A stretch of DNA of 35,276 bases from Octopus bimaculoides. Lineage: Eukaryota. The stretch lies in NCBI RefSeq assembly GCF_001194135.2, contig NC_068982.1, forward strand, positions 9,955,610 to 9,990,885. Reading direction: 5' to 3'. The translations under genes were made by a program, and so were the position numbers. Below are positions 21,734 through 33,891 of the stretch, piece after piece. The notes under the pieces were generated by a model that worked only from the letters and a program-made list of their open reading frames with translations, was not told the origin of the DNA and ran no database searches. Numbering within the stretch: the stretch's first letter is position 1; each line of letters starts with the position of its first letter.

Positions 21734-22059
21734 TCTTTTACTTGTTTCAGTCATTTGACTGCAGCCATGCTGGAGCACCGCCTTTAGTCGAACAAATCGA
21801 TCCCATGACTTATTCCTCGTAAGCCTGGTACTTATTCTGTCAGTCTCTTTTGCTGAACCGGTAAGTTACAGGGACGTAAACACACCAACATTGGTTGTCA
21901 AGCGATGGTGGGGAGACAAAGACAGACACACAAATACATACATATTTATATACACGATGGGCTTCTTTCAGTTTCCATCTACCAAATCCACTCACTAGGA
22001 TTTGGTCAGCCCAAAGCTACAGTAGAAGACACTTGCCCAAAGTGTTATACAGTGGGACT
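21734..22059 (-). mobile_element. Family A SINE (5'-truncated)
   Basis: Collinear with 13695-14030. Confidence 0.9.
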
Positions 22060-22406
22060 TGCTTCAGCTTATTGTATTTCGGCCAGAGTTCTTTAGTCAC
22101 ACTTCTGTGACCTCATCAGTGGTCCTTTGCTTTCTTCTTTCTTTTTCGTGTCTCTCCTTCCTAATAATCTGCCATTTGGTATTCTTATTGTATGTGTCTT
22201 TATTTGTGCATGCATATATCCCTGTGTGTGTCTATGTTTAGTAAGCGTGTGTGGGGGAATGTGTATGGTACCAACATTATCAATATTCTCTGTTTATTCA
22301 CATTCATTTAATCTAATTTATTATATTTTGTTTATGTATCTAACTATTCAATTCCATTTATTTGTGTGTCTATAGTATAAGTTTCATTTATCTGTCTATA
22401 GTATTA

Positions 22407-22655
22407 CTGGATTGGGGCATAATTATGGCTTTTTTTCAACAACTTTTATTCAACAAAAAGAATAACATGTAACAAAAACATCTTTAAATGATTATTCCGG
22501 AGCATATTCACCATCTACTGCAAATACTGCTTCTCATTTGCTTGGCAGAAGGTCAGACCATCATTAAAAGATGTTTTTTGTTAAATATTGTTATTGTTTT
22601 TGTTGAATAAAATTTGTTGGAAAAAAAAAGCCGCAATAATTATGCACCAACCCAA
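22407..22655 (-). mobile_element. Internally deleted mariner element (long palindromic arms plus transposase C-terminus)
   Basis: TA at 22405-22406 and 22656-22657. The right TIR reads ttgggttggtgcataattattgcggc (Hsmar1-like). Arms of about 90 bp flank a spacer whose minus strand encodes LPSK*EAVFAVDGEYAPE*. Confidence 0.85.
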
Positions 22656-23099
22656 TAGTTTCATAAAGCTAAAGCAAGTGAACACCAAATATAGAGCGCA
22701 TATGTTTTCACTGGCAAACCTGGCAACATGACCATCCACAAATACAATATCTGTTTCAACACAAGAATTCACATCAAGAATCTTGCAAAACGAATATATA
22801 AATATAACAATTAAAACAAGGTTTACTGCAAAATTTAGTGAAATGCTATAAAGCCATAACATCACTCAATTCATTGCATGCAGGAAGGTAATAATGACAT
22901 TGCAAAGTCCAACAGGAATTGAAGGAAAAATAATTGTTTGGTCCCATGACTCGGAATGAAAGCGGTTGTATACGACGTAGGTTTACATTAATTAAATAAA
23001 AATAAAAATGCAACTTCAACATACATTTACAAAATTAAAACTAAACATATATATGTAGTAGCAGTGTAATTGAAAATGTTTAATAAAAATTATATAATG

Positions 23100-23176
<77 letters not shown>
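23100..23176. repeat. (AAT)n microsatellite
   Basis: Direct read. Confidence 0.97.
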
Positions 23177-23180
<4 letters not shown>

Positions 23181-23974
23181 TTGTTTTGCTAAAATTAACT
23201 ATTTTAAAATTTTAATGAGGGAAAATTTTAATCAGATGGAAATATTNNNNNNNNNNNNNNNNNNNNNNNNNNNNNNNNNNNNNNNNNNNNNNNNNNNNNN
23301 NNNNNNNNNNNNNNNNNNNNNNNNNNNNNNNNNNNNNNNNNNNNNNNNNNNNNNNNNNNNNNNNNNNNNNNNNNNNNNNNNNNNNNNNNNNNNNNNNNNN
23401 NNNNNNNNNNNNNNNNNNNNNNNNNNNNNNNNNNNNNNNNNNNNNNNNNNNNNNNNNNNNNNNNNNNNNNNNNNNNNNNNNNNNNNNNNNNNNNNNNNNN
23501 NNNNNNNNNNNNNNNNNNNNNNNNNNNNNNNNNNNNNNNNNNNNNNNNNNNNNNNNNNNNNNNNNNNNNNNNNNNNNNNNNNNNNNNNNNNNNNNNNNNN
23601 NNNNNNNNNNNNNNNNNNNNNNNNNNNNNNNNNNNNNNNNNNNNNNNNNNNNNNNNNNNNNNNNNNNNNNNNNNNNTATATATATATATATATATATATA
23701 TATCTAAATATATGTACACACACACACATATATAAACACAGTAATCTCTCACCATATAGCAGTTTATTATTTAAGCTTACATCCATTCCTCTGTGGTGTT
23801 GTTTTGCATTTATAATAAAATAAATATATACAAATTCGAAAAATAATTTTTGAAAATATACAGTACAGTACTGTTTCTACTTTGCAGATTTTCACCAATT
23901 GTGGGGATTTTTGGAACATAACACCCACAGTAGTTGAGGGATTACTGTGATGATCTCTCCTGTGGAAGATGATA

Positions 23975-24085
23975 CATGAGATGAAGTGTTTTGCTCCAGA
24001 ACACAACACACCACCCGGTCTCAGAATTGAACCCACAATCTCACAATTGTGAGTGCAACACCTTAACCACTAGGCCACATCATCA
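23975..24085 (-). mobile_element. Family E-like SINE head fragment
   Basis: acacaacacaccacccggtctcagaattgaacc...cttaaccactaggccac; compare 13000-13075. Confidence 0.7.
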
Positions 24086-24297
24086 CCATATATATATATA
24101 TGGGCTTTAACTGCCCTTTCTAGTATGTAAGGTGTCCTGTCAAAGGTCACCTCTTTCATGTATAAATACGTAAATTATCTATACACTATCATATATATAT
24201 GTATATATATATATAAGTAAATGTAAGGACAAGCAATTTAGACAGATCAGTATATGAAGTATATTAAATTCATGAAATACAGAAAATGTATATATGT

Positions 24298-24631
24298 ATA
24301 CATATAAACAGGTCCAGCTAACACAGAATACAAATGATATGGAGAATTAAAGGGGATGAGGAACAGTATTACAAATGTAACAGCTGTTTCCAGGGGTTCA
24401 GTGGTCCATAATAATATTTGATTCCATCACAGGATGAGATGAGCCTCTGTCTTCAGGGAAGAGATCTTATGTTTGAGACTCGTCTCATCCTATGATGGAA
24501 TCAATCTACAAACATTATTATGGACCACCGAGCCCTCAAAAGCAGTTGTTGTATTTGTAATACTATTCATCGTCCCCTTTAATTCTCTATATCATTTGTA
24601 TTCTGTGTAAGTCAGACCGTTTGATATGTAC
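24298..24631. repeat. Long foldback palindrome (arms about 150 bp), probably of PLE inverted-pLTR origin
   Basis: The left arm (tacatataaacaggtcc...aggatgagatgag) pairs with the right arm (ctcgtctcatcct...gaccgtttgatatgta), with differences mostly transitions. The minus strand of the left arm has GAAACAGCTGTT (24390-24379). Confidence 0.88.
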
Positions 24632-24860
24632 AGAGGTTCTGAAGCATTTGTGAGGCACGGTGAGACGAAAACGCCCCAAAGTGGAAAGCGATGGTTTCAT
24701 CATGACAATGCGCCTGCACACACTGCCTTGAGTGTGAGAGAGTTTTTGCCAAGTAAAGCACAACCTTGCTTACCCACGCTCCCTATTCGCCCAATCTTAC
24801 TCCCTGCGACTTTTTCTGTTCCCCTGAATGAAAAAAGTCCTTAAAGGAAAACGTTGTGCA
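24632..24860 (+). mobile_element. mariner transposase pseudogene fragment
   Basis: EVLKHL*GTVRRKRPK / WFHHDNAPAHTALSVREFL / THAPYSPNLTPCDFFL..MKKVLKGKR. Contains the HDNAPAH and YSPDLAPCDF motifs, frameshifted. Confidence 0.92.
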
Positions 24861-25391
24861 GTTGGGGAAAACAGACAGAGTTTATATACTGCTACATTAT
24901 GACACACTCCGAGCAGTTTCTGTCTTCTTACAAATATTGTGATTTGTAACTGAGTTCCATAAGTACAAAGCATAAAACTCTCTGGCTTTGAATCACTTAT
25001 GCATCGTCATTTTTGCATCCCCTTTTCTATACCTGCATGGTTAGATGAAATTTGTTAGAGGCAGATCTTCCACAGTTAAATGTATTTCCTGTCACCAACC
25101 ATTACCTGTTTCAAGGCTAAGTAATATTTATCCAGGGCCAGACCATGTTTCCATGGAAGACTGGAAATGAAGGAAATCTCAAACACAGAAGAACAGTTTC
25201 GAGGATCAGAGTATAAATGGAAGAAGAAAATGACCAGAGGTACAGAGTTCAATTTCAAATAGCAGCTTACTGGCAACTTTCTTTCACCTATAAGCATATT
25301 TTACTTTACTCTCTAAACTGTTTTCGCAGCTATACTTCTGTGTTCAACATTTCCTTTATTTCTAAAATATATACATATATACACACACACA

Positions 25392-25564
25392 CAGGGTGCA
25401 GCAGAAACACCCCATATTTTACACAGCTTTTAGTGTGGAGCTAGTGAAGTTAGGCAGATGCTAATGGTGTCTCTATGTCGCTCTTTTAATAAGCATCACA
25501 GGTTGGAGAGGGGCATATCTGTTGAAATGCTTAATGGTGAATCTGAGGTTTTTGCTGCAGCCTG
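25392..25564. mobile_element. Tc1/mariner-type MITE (older)
   Basis: TIRs cagggtgcagcagaaac / gtttttgctgcagcctg (15 of 17 match); flanking TA not preserved. Confidence 0.7.
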
Positions 25565-26033
25565 TGCACGCACGCACAATATATATATATATACAAACAC
25601 AAAGGGTTAAAATTAGTAAGTTTCAAATACCAATTTAGTTCTTTTTCATAACTACACTGCACCTAGAACCGACCCTGATTCGGATCTGTGGTTTATATTG
25701 GATTTGGTACTCATCTACAGTATCCCAGCAACACAGGATACCTTCATCGTTGTTTTATCTCACTGCGAACCCTATGTTATTGTACTTTGCCATTTCTGGC
25801 GCCCTACTTGTTGATGCGTCAACATACTAATGTATCTTATTACTATGTGTATGAGTGCGTACATACACACATAAAAATATATATCTATACATACACACGA
25901 GCTTTTGTATGTATATAGGTGCATGTTTGCATGTAAGGACGGCATGCACAATACGAGGAATGTTGCAACGTAATACTTTGGGATTATATATGGGTTTTAT
26001 ATATATACATATTTACGGTAAATAGGTCTACTA

Positions 26034-26160
26034 CAGGGTGTCCACAAAGTTTGGGTACATGGGGATTAACACATGCTTTAAGAAATTATTATTTCTTATA
26101 TTTAATTGTTTATGTTATTATTTTATTTACTTCATGTACCCAGACTTTGTGGACACCCTG
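26034..26160. mobile_element. Tc1/mariner-type MITE, 127 bp
   Basis: TA at 26032-26033 and 26161-26162. 28-bp TIR cagggtgtccacaaagt(t/c)tgggtacatg with one mismatch; AT-rich interior. Confidence 0.92.
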
Positions 26161-26446
26161 TATAATGGTAATTTCATAACAAACGAAAATATACTCGAAG
26201 GAGTTCATACATTTACAAATATGAATTAAAATAAACGACACGGAAAGCTAGTGTTGAGGAGATAGCACAAGGTACCCGGAGCAGACCTGAATACAGAGAC
26301 TAGTTATTTCCCTTTATTTACTCTGAGTAAAAATTCATAAGACAAGTGAATTTACACTAAAATATTTATAACACCTTAATTCAACAATTTTCCATCCCTA
26401 CCATGTGTAAATAAATTATAAACTCAAATATTATTTCTAAATATAA

Positions 26447-26760
26447 CGCTTATACAACGATGCGATGCTCCGAAAATGCGGCTGCGAATGGTGATTGATA
26501 TGAAAGACTGCTTCAGTTGATTTGTCATTTACTACACTCAGCTGTTTTGTCGCACTTTCTAATTTGTTTTGGTTTCAATACACGCTTCCTTAAATTAACT
26601 CACTCGACAAAACAACTACAAGCTCCTAATATGTAGTCCGTTGTAGATCTGATTGTTACTATGAACAATACAATACAACCTCTCACTTCTCCACTCCCAT
26701 TCAAAACACGCCCGTTATTGCATCTATTTACGTGAGCGAGCGCGCATTAATTTCCCCGTA
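26447..26760. promoter_or_regulatory. Locally CpG-rich, repeat-free segment; possible promoter or first exon
   Basis: 17 CpG counted in about 315 bp. A minus-strand donor GA|GTGAGT lies at 26603-26598. Inference only. Confidence 0.3.
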
Positions 26761-28738
26761 TTACATGTATATATACAATAATAATTATTATCATTATTAT
26801 GTATAAGCAATGAATAATTGCCGTAGTTCGCCTGATTGCTTCTGTTAGTAATCTCCAAATCCTGTTTCTCCATGCTAGTAATTTATTTTCACATGCAACA
26901 GGTCTTCTCCGATTTCTACATATTTTTTTCTCTTATTTCTTTCTAAAAATATGTATTCTGATATATTAATACTAGATATCCAGGAAACAAAAATACAAAA
27001 ACACTAGTAATACACTTAAGTTTCAGATGGTTGCTAATTTATTTATTCATTTACAATACTTTTTGCTTTCTAAATATTTTCTAAGTTTTTGTTGTATAAA
27101 AAGAATATTTTTAATCGACATTCTGCTGAAGACGTAGCTCTCAAGTGACACTGTATCATGGCTTCGCCGACACACTCACGTTCTTCATATATTAATATAA
27201 CAAACAAAACATGATGTTGATGATAACCTAAGGGGGGACAAAGAGACTGATACATCTGACATCATGTTTATCAACAGAATGAAAAAAAATAATAGCAATA
27301 AATACGACGGAAGAATAAATATCGTTATACATATCCATATTTGCAAACAGCATCTATAAAATATACATGTGTGTGTATCACATATATGTATATATGCATG
27401 CATGTGTGTGTGTGTGCGATTCCTCACATACATACATGCATGCATGCATACATACATACATACAATATATATATATATATATATATACATACACGCACGA
27501 TAGATAGATACATAGCGGTTTTACTAGAGTTCATTGCAATCTCGAATAGAAAGCGACCCTTTTTGTACTTGGAAACTGGTTTTATATTTTATCCTCTTAT
27601 CGTTTATTTGGGGGCATTCGAAAATAATGCGACCACCACAATTTTATATTATATAAGTACAGTAAGGGCATCTAAAAATAAGAGAGAATAAGTTCTAGAC
27701 TTCAAAAATGTATTGGGGTCGGTTCCTTTTGATAAACCCTGCAAGGAGGTGCTCAGCACAGAAATAGTCCACAGAGTGAAACAAGTAAAAGATAAAAGTT
27801 ACTTGAAAACCATATCAAGCTATATATAGGAACAAATGCCTAACACATTGTATATTTATCTTTCTCTATATCCCATTGTATTTCTGACCACCAGATTCCC
27901 AAAGAATTATACGACCACGCGAGACCATTATCAACGGCACTGCAAAAGAATATGAGAATTTTATTATGTACAGCGAACTGTAAGAAACCGGTGATTTATA
28001 CCACCAAACTTTTAAATGCAAAAGTCTCTTTGAGTGTTCGAATCACCGACATTAACATTAAAAATGCAATTTCAAATTTACTCATTGAAATGAGCTGTTG
28101 TTTTAACTATATCAATAAAAATTCCGTTAATTTCGAATTCCATTCTTAACTCTTTGCATTTACACTTATGATGGCATCATGCATCAGTATATCCCTGGGC
28201 TAACGGCTAAAAATACAAATCTTTCAGAAGAAAACATACATCTTATGTAATTACTTCAATGTGGAGCTAGATTTATCTTCAAGAGTGTCTTTGCGTTTAA
28301 CCAACTCATATACCATTATATAATCGCTGTGAGCTTGAGAACATTTTACTGTCATTGAGCACTCTCAAAAGAAAAAAGAAATATATATATATATATATAN
28401 NNNNNNNNNNNNNNNNNNNNNNNNNNNNNNNNNNNNNNNNNNNNNNNNNNNNNNNNNNNNNNNNNNNNNNNNNNNNNNNNNNNNNNNNNNNNNNNNNNNN
28501 NNNNNNNNNNNNNNNNNNNNNNNNNNNNNNNNNNNNNNNNNNNNNNNNNNNNNNNNNNNNNNNNNNNNNNNNNNNNNNNNNNNNNNNNNNNNNNNNNNNN
28601 NNNNNNNNNNNNNNNNNNNNNNNNNNNNNNNNNNNNNNNNNNNNNNNNNNNNNNNNNNNNNNNNNNNNNNNNNNNNNNNNNNNNNNNNNNNNNNNNNNNN
28701 NNNNNNNNNNNNNNNNNNNNNNNNNNNNNNNNNNNNNN

Positions 28739-28777
<39 letters not shown>

Positions 28778-29573
28778 TCACACAGACACAAGTGGAACTT
28801 GTTTCAAATAAGTGTGTGTACTAGCTAGACACTAATGTTTACATAAAACAATTTTTCATAAATGTATGTGCATGTATAAGTAGTATGCGATATAGAAAGA
28901 TATCTTCAGGTCTTCGTTAAACCACTAATGCCTAAGATCACGCTGGATCAACGTCTTGTCAGGAAATGAATTTTGCTGAATAATATACTTATACAATTGA
29001 AATAAGTGAGAAAAGGTGTTTTTCCTATATATCTTAATTCATTATTAAAATATTTGGTGTTTTATACTTGTTTATCATAATTATTCATTCATATTTTAGT
29101 ATATTTCGTTTTGACCTCATTCTCATAACAAGTGTGTGCACTACTGCATCGTTGTTACTTTTTTAATATTGTATTTCAATGTTATTGATTGCTACCAGCA
29201 GTGCAATTAAATACAAATCTTCATACTGTTGGTCATTAGCCTTCGACCTGCATCAAATTTCTAGTTTGAATGGACCTGTGTCTCAGTGCACATCGTAAAC
29301 CGAAGGAATAATTTCCAGGAATAATATACATCATCCTTGTGTAAAATCAGTATCATTATTATTTTTCCCCACGAACAGCCGGTGTGTCAATGTGTCTGAG
29401 GTCATCGAATTACTAATACGGTCAGGTCAGCGCGCACAAATTAAGACATTCTAAATCACTTATTCTCACGAGGTGATTGTCATCTTAATCGCAATGTTTA
29501 CGTAATATTTACTTCATTCGTGACACACAGTTCGAACCCATTCTTTTACAATAATATTCTTTTCTCTCTATAG

Positions 29574-29641
29574 TAAAATACGGTTACGGATTTTATTTCT
29601 AAATTTTGTTTGCATGTAGCTTAATTTTTTTTCTTTTTAAG
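29574..29641 (+). other. Candidate 68-nt non-coding exon whose 3' end is also an AG|GTAAGT junction
   Basis: Acceptor ttcttttctctctatag| and donor aag|GTAAGT; stop codons in all three frames. Confidence 0.4.
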
Positions 29642-30939
29642 GTAAGTATATGCAAGCATGGTTTTGTTTGGAGAGAAAAATAGTGATATAAATAATATAA
29701 ATATACAAAATTTATAAGAGTAATGATAGTGATATTAACATAGTTATGTTTATGTTGCTACATTCATCCTACCTTTTTGTAATGAATCTGTGATTCAATG
29801 CACATCATCACCTGGTAGTTGCATTAATCGAATGTGTGTCTGATAGTATTAACTCTTTCGATTTGCAATCTCTCTCTCTCTTTCTTTCATTCTTTCTTTC
29901 TTACTCTCTCTCATTCATTCATCTAATGGCCTAGTTGTCTTGCGAGAGATCGAATTTTTTTTTTGCATTAATTATTCTGCTTATAGAAATACCTGTCATG
30001 TCTATATTATTTTAACCGTTACCTGTTTGATTTTTCCACTTTGAAAATTGTATATCAAAACGAAAAAATAAAAAAAAGGAATAATTATAATAATAATAAC
30101 AGCTAAATAAATGAAATATACGAGGAAAATGATTGTCTATTTATAGATCGATTGTGATTGGAAATTTTATTTTCTTTTGACGGATATTTCTTCACCGAGT
30201 TATTTTTATTTCTAAACCGTGTTTCTTTTGGTGTTTCCGAAACAGTGATAGTTATTGTTTCTTGGACAATATCGATTATGTTGACCCAAGAGGAACTCTG
30301 GGAATGCCCACTCTTGCATTACTTCATCTTTTTCTTCCTTCCTTTTTTTTTACCTTCTGTTTCTTCCCATTCATTTTACTTTCCTCCTCCAATGCTATTT
30401 CATGTGGTTTTTCATTCAAAGTAATTCGTGATCTCTTTTCTTCTTTTTATCCTGTGATTATGTACTGAGTTTAGTAACAAGGGAGGAATTACAATCGATT
30501 TAGAAGAAACTTACAATCAGGCATGAGGACGTAGATTCTACTTATTTATCTATTTATTGTTTGTCTTCATGGATTTATTTTTTTTCTCTTAAAGATCGAT
30601 TACATATATGTTGTCGTTTAGCTCCAGGTCAGGTATCACTGAATAGAACTATAATGAAAAGCAGTCCCGCTTTGACCATCCTATCCTTTTTTTTTTTTTT
30701 TTTTTCATAATTGTATATCTCGGACTACAATGTCCACTGTTTTTATATTTCTAGCATGCTTCTTCATGCCTGGCAGTGTTGGCGCATCCCTTGTAATAAA
30801 ACAATGTAAAATGGTTGAATATCTTAAAACAAACAATAGTGCATACCATAAACAGATACTGCAACTGTAATTTGCTAATTATTATACTTCCAAGTCAAGA
30901 CTTTCAAACAACATATATGACGTACATACATGCAGGTAT

Positions 30940-31185
30940 GACTGATTCTCAGCTGGGGTTCATATGGCCCTTAAGGGTCTATGGAAGATTTTGTTGTTAA
31001 TATTTATATTCATTAAATTGGTTTGATACGCGAAATATTTTAACAAATTTTAATACAATTCCTATTAATATTTAATCATAAAAATGAAATAGGATATTTT
31101 AAAAACACCAAATGTCCATGAGAGTCTACCTAAGTAAAAGAGGACTGAAAGGGGTCCATTGGCAAAATATGGTTAAGAACCATTG
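30940..31185 (+). mobile_element. hAT-type MITE (decayed)
   Basis: Ends gactgattctcagc ... ggttaagaaccattg (consensus CAGTGGTTCTCAAC / GTTGAGAACCACTG). No clear 8-bp TSD. Confidence 0.65.
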
Positions 31186-31479
31186 ACCTATGAGTTGGAT
31201 AACCCATCACATTTACATAAGTCTATATCTATCCTTAGTAAAATGAGGTCATAAAACCATGTCGTTTATGTCCAGCCTCTTCCCCACCGCCCCTTCGTGC
31301 AATCTGTCCCAGACAAGCCCCTACCCCATTGTTTCCCCACCTGTTGTATTCCTGTACTCCCTGTTGCACACTCTCCCTTACAAACCTACCTGCACTATTT
31401 AAAAGTAACTGGTTGTGATATTTCCAAAATACCAGTGTTTTGGGTTTTTTTTTTTTAACAAATCTTATGCATGTCCTAG

Positions 31480-31656
31480 TTTGAGAAACCTAGCAATAGT
31501 GTAGATGCTGAGGGATTTGGTTGCTATTTCCGAGAGATCTTGAAACAACATATAAGCTCCCTCAATGGCCTGCTTATTTTGTTTGCTGGGGAACAAAGAC
31601 TTCAAAAAGCGTGCAAGGGTAGACTTTTGACATGCGAGTTTTTGGCGTTCAGTGAC
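31480..31656 (+). CDS. Candidate internal coding exon (177 nt, phase 0-0) of an unidentified gene
   Basis: Poly-T tract and tcctag| acceptor; GAC|GTAAGA donor. Open frame FEKPSNSVDAEGFGCYFREILKQHISSLNGLLILFAGEQRLQKACKGRLLTCEFLAFSD with a stop just inside the following intron. The codon-aligned antisense frame is also open (track ORF 31465-31683), and GC content is higher than the flanks. Confidence 0.5.
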
Positions 31657-32417
31657 GTAAGATATTGATGCATAGACATTCATTCGTAGTAAAGTGCTAT
31701 AGATATGTCCCTTTCTCTGTCAAAATAATATTTTATTTACATTTTTTTTTTTGTCGTAACACTTTCCCTAATAACTGCTGGTATGTCGTGACACTTTTAA
31801 TGCCTTATTCAATAGGCCTTGTATTAAAAAAAAAAAGAGATGAATATCTCTGCTGTAGTCTCCAATCCCGAATTAATAAAGGTATTTCTTTGAAGTTTAC
31901 AAAATCCTTTTCTGTTATGTTAAAAGCAACATAGATGAAACCTAAGGCATGTTATCAGAACAGGCATTTGAGGTTGTTGTTGAATATATCAAGAGAAATC
32001 CTTTAACACCAAGAATGATTGGGGTTTTTTTTTGGCATTTTACTAAATGTCTTCTATAACCAAGTTGCATTAATGCGAACCAAAGCACATGAATAGAATG
32101 AGAGATATTAAAGTGTGGAGACATGATAATTGAGATTGTGCTGTTTTGGGATCTCTGGCTATTTCACCGTTTTTATTTCCCAATTTTTATGACAGTGCTC
32201 CTAGTGGAATTTTGAAAAGAATTAGCTCTTTTATTCATAGCTACTCGCCAAATTGGTCAGCCAATTGCTATTCCCCTTCCAGAAGCACAGTTTGTTAGCA
32301 ATCTTTATCTCATCACTATATTAATACTTCATACATTATATATACGAACAGATATACAGCCCACCAGGTGGTTTCCACTACTTTGCGTAATCATATATAT
32401 GTCTATATAATACATTG

Positions 32418-32575
32418 AAGCATGGCTGTATGGTTAAGAAGTTTGGTTATCAATCACATGGCTGTGAGATCAATCCTACTGTGCGGCACCTTATGCTAGT
32501 GTACTTTGTTTTAACCCTGGGTTGACCAAAGTCTTGTGAGTGGATTTGGTAGATATAAACTGAAAGAAGTCTGGT
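32418..32575 (+). mobile_element. Family A SINE 5' half (decayed)
   Basis: ggctgtatggttaagaag...gaccaaagtcttgtgagtggatttggtaga...aactgaaagaag. Confidence 0.75.
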
Positions 32576-33627
32576 ATATACGTTTCTGTACTGGTATATG
32601 TGTGTATGTATCCATTTCTCCTTGTCTTGAGATTATGCATTAATTGTAAATGAAGAAGAAATATTCACCATCATACAAGCTGTATTGTTTGTTTGCAGTC
32701 ACTCCTGCACACACACAGACACACACACACACACAATCACACACAAACATACATCAAACACACCCACATTTAAAACCATTGGTTAGGGTTGTTAAAGTTA
32801 ACTGTAAACACACTGACAGATATAGATATACATGCATATCGATATATAAATATACTTGTAGTACCGGCAGTACACACACACGTATATATAAGTATGTATG
32901 TATGAGTTAGTGTGAATGGCAAAGTGGTGATATTTTGACAAACTACCACCCACCAGAAGTCAATCCTTTTCAATGGAAAACAATAATATTTATCAGAAGC
33001 AGCGCTATAGAATGAGTAATCTGTTGATATGTCAATGGCAAAAACAATATATACATTGCTTCTGTATTTTTAACAATTAGGAAGAACTCATTGTCATATG
33101 TTTTATTTATATTTGTTTCTGAGTGTGGGTGGGTTCCAAACTTATTTTTGTCTTTTCTAACTTCTTATTTAATCAGTTTATTTCTCTCGTTCAGAAAAAA
33201 AAAAAAAAAAAAAATTTTCTTTCTCTTTTTTTTTTTTGAGTTTGTTAAAAAATTACTAAATATAGAAGAACAATCTCAGAACTCTGACACACATAAGTCA
33301 GTAAATAAATAACTGAAGCCCTTGTTGCACTGTACACGTCTTTGTAGATCGCGTGGGTGGTTGATTAGATTAGCATCAAATGTGAATCGATTGAAGAAAA
33401 CTGTTTCACTCAAAAGCCTTCCGCACAATATGCATTGTAAATTGATATCTCCCTTTGAAAGTATATTGTACATTTATTTTCATGTTACAATATCCTCCCC
33501 ACAAAAGAAAAAATTGTTTTTGTGGCTCCTGGTTTAGTAAAAACAACTCATAGAAGAAATATAACTGTTTCGTCTCCTCTGAGGCTACCACTAATTTGTT
33601 TACGTGAGACACAAAAGGGATAATGAT

Positions 33628-33842
33628 CTTTTCTACTCTAGGCACAAGGCCCGAAATTTTGGGGGAGGGGGCCAGTCGATTAGATCAACTCCAGTATGCA
33701 ACTAGTACTTGATTTATCGACTCTGAAAGGATGAAAGCAAAGTCGACCTCGGCAGAATTTGAACTCAGAATGTAAAGACAGACGAAATACCACTAAGCAT
33801 TTCGCCCCGCGTGCTAACGTTTCTACCTGCTCGCCGCCTTTT
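33628..33842 (-). mobile_element. Full-length family B SINE with degenerate 17-bp TSD
   Basis: acaaaagggataatgat (33611-33627) vs acaaaagggattatcat (33843-33859), 2 mismatches. Confidence 0.9.
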
Positions 33843-33891
33843 ACAAAAGGGATTATCATATAACCATTATGTTTCTCGATTGTCAATAAAT

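Noticed and set aside
25106-25160. Possible 55-nt minus-strand exon (LPWKHGLALDKYYLALKQ)
   Set aside because: Splice sites are plausible, but the peptide is unrecognised, no phase-compatible neighbour was found, and an equally plausible plus-strand reading exists.
27125-27160. CTGAAGACG...GTGACACTGTA as a decayed hammerhead
   Set aside because: GAAA is absent and stems I and II do not pair; a similar weak case at 9415-9470 was also dropped.
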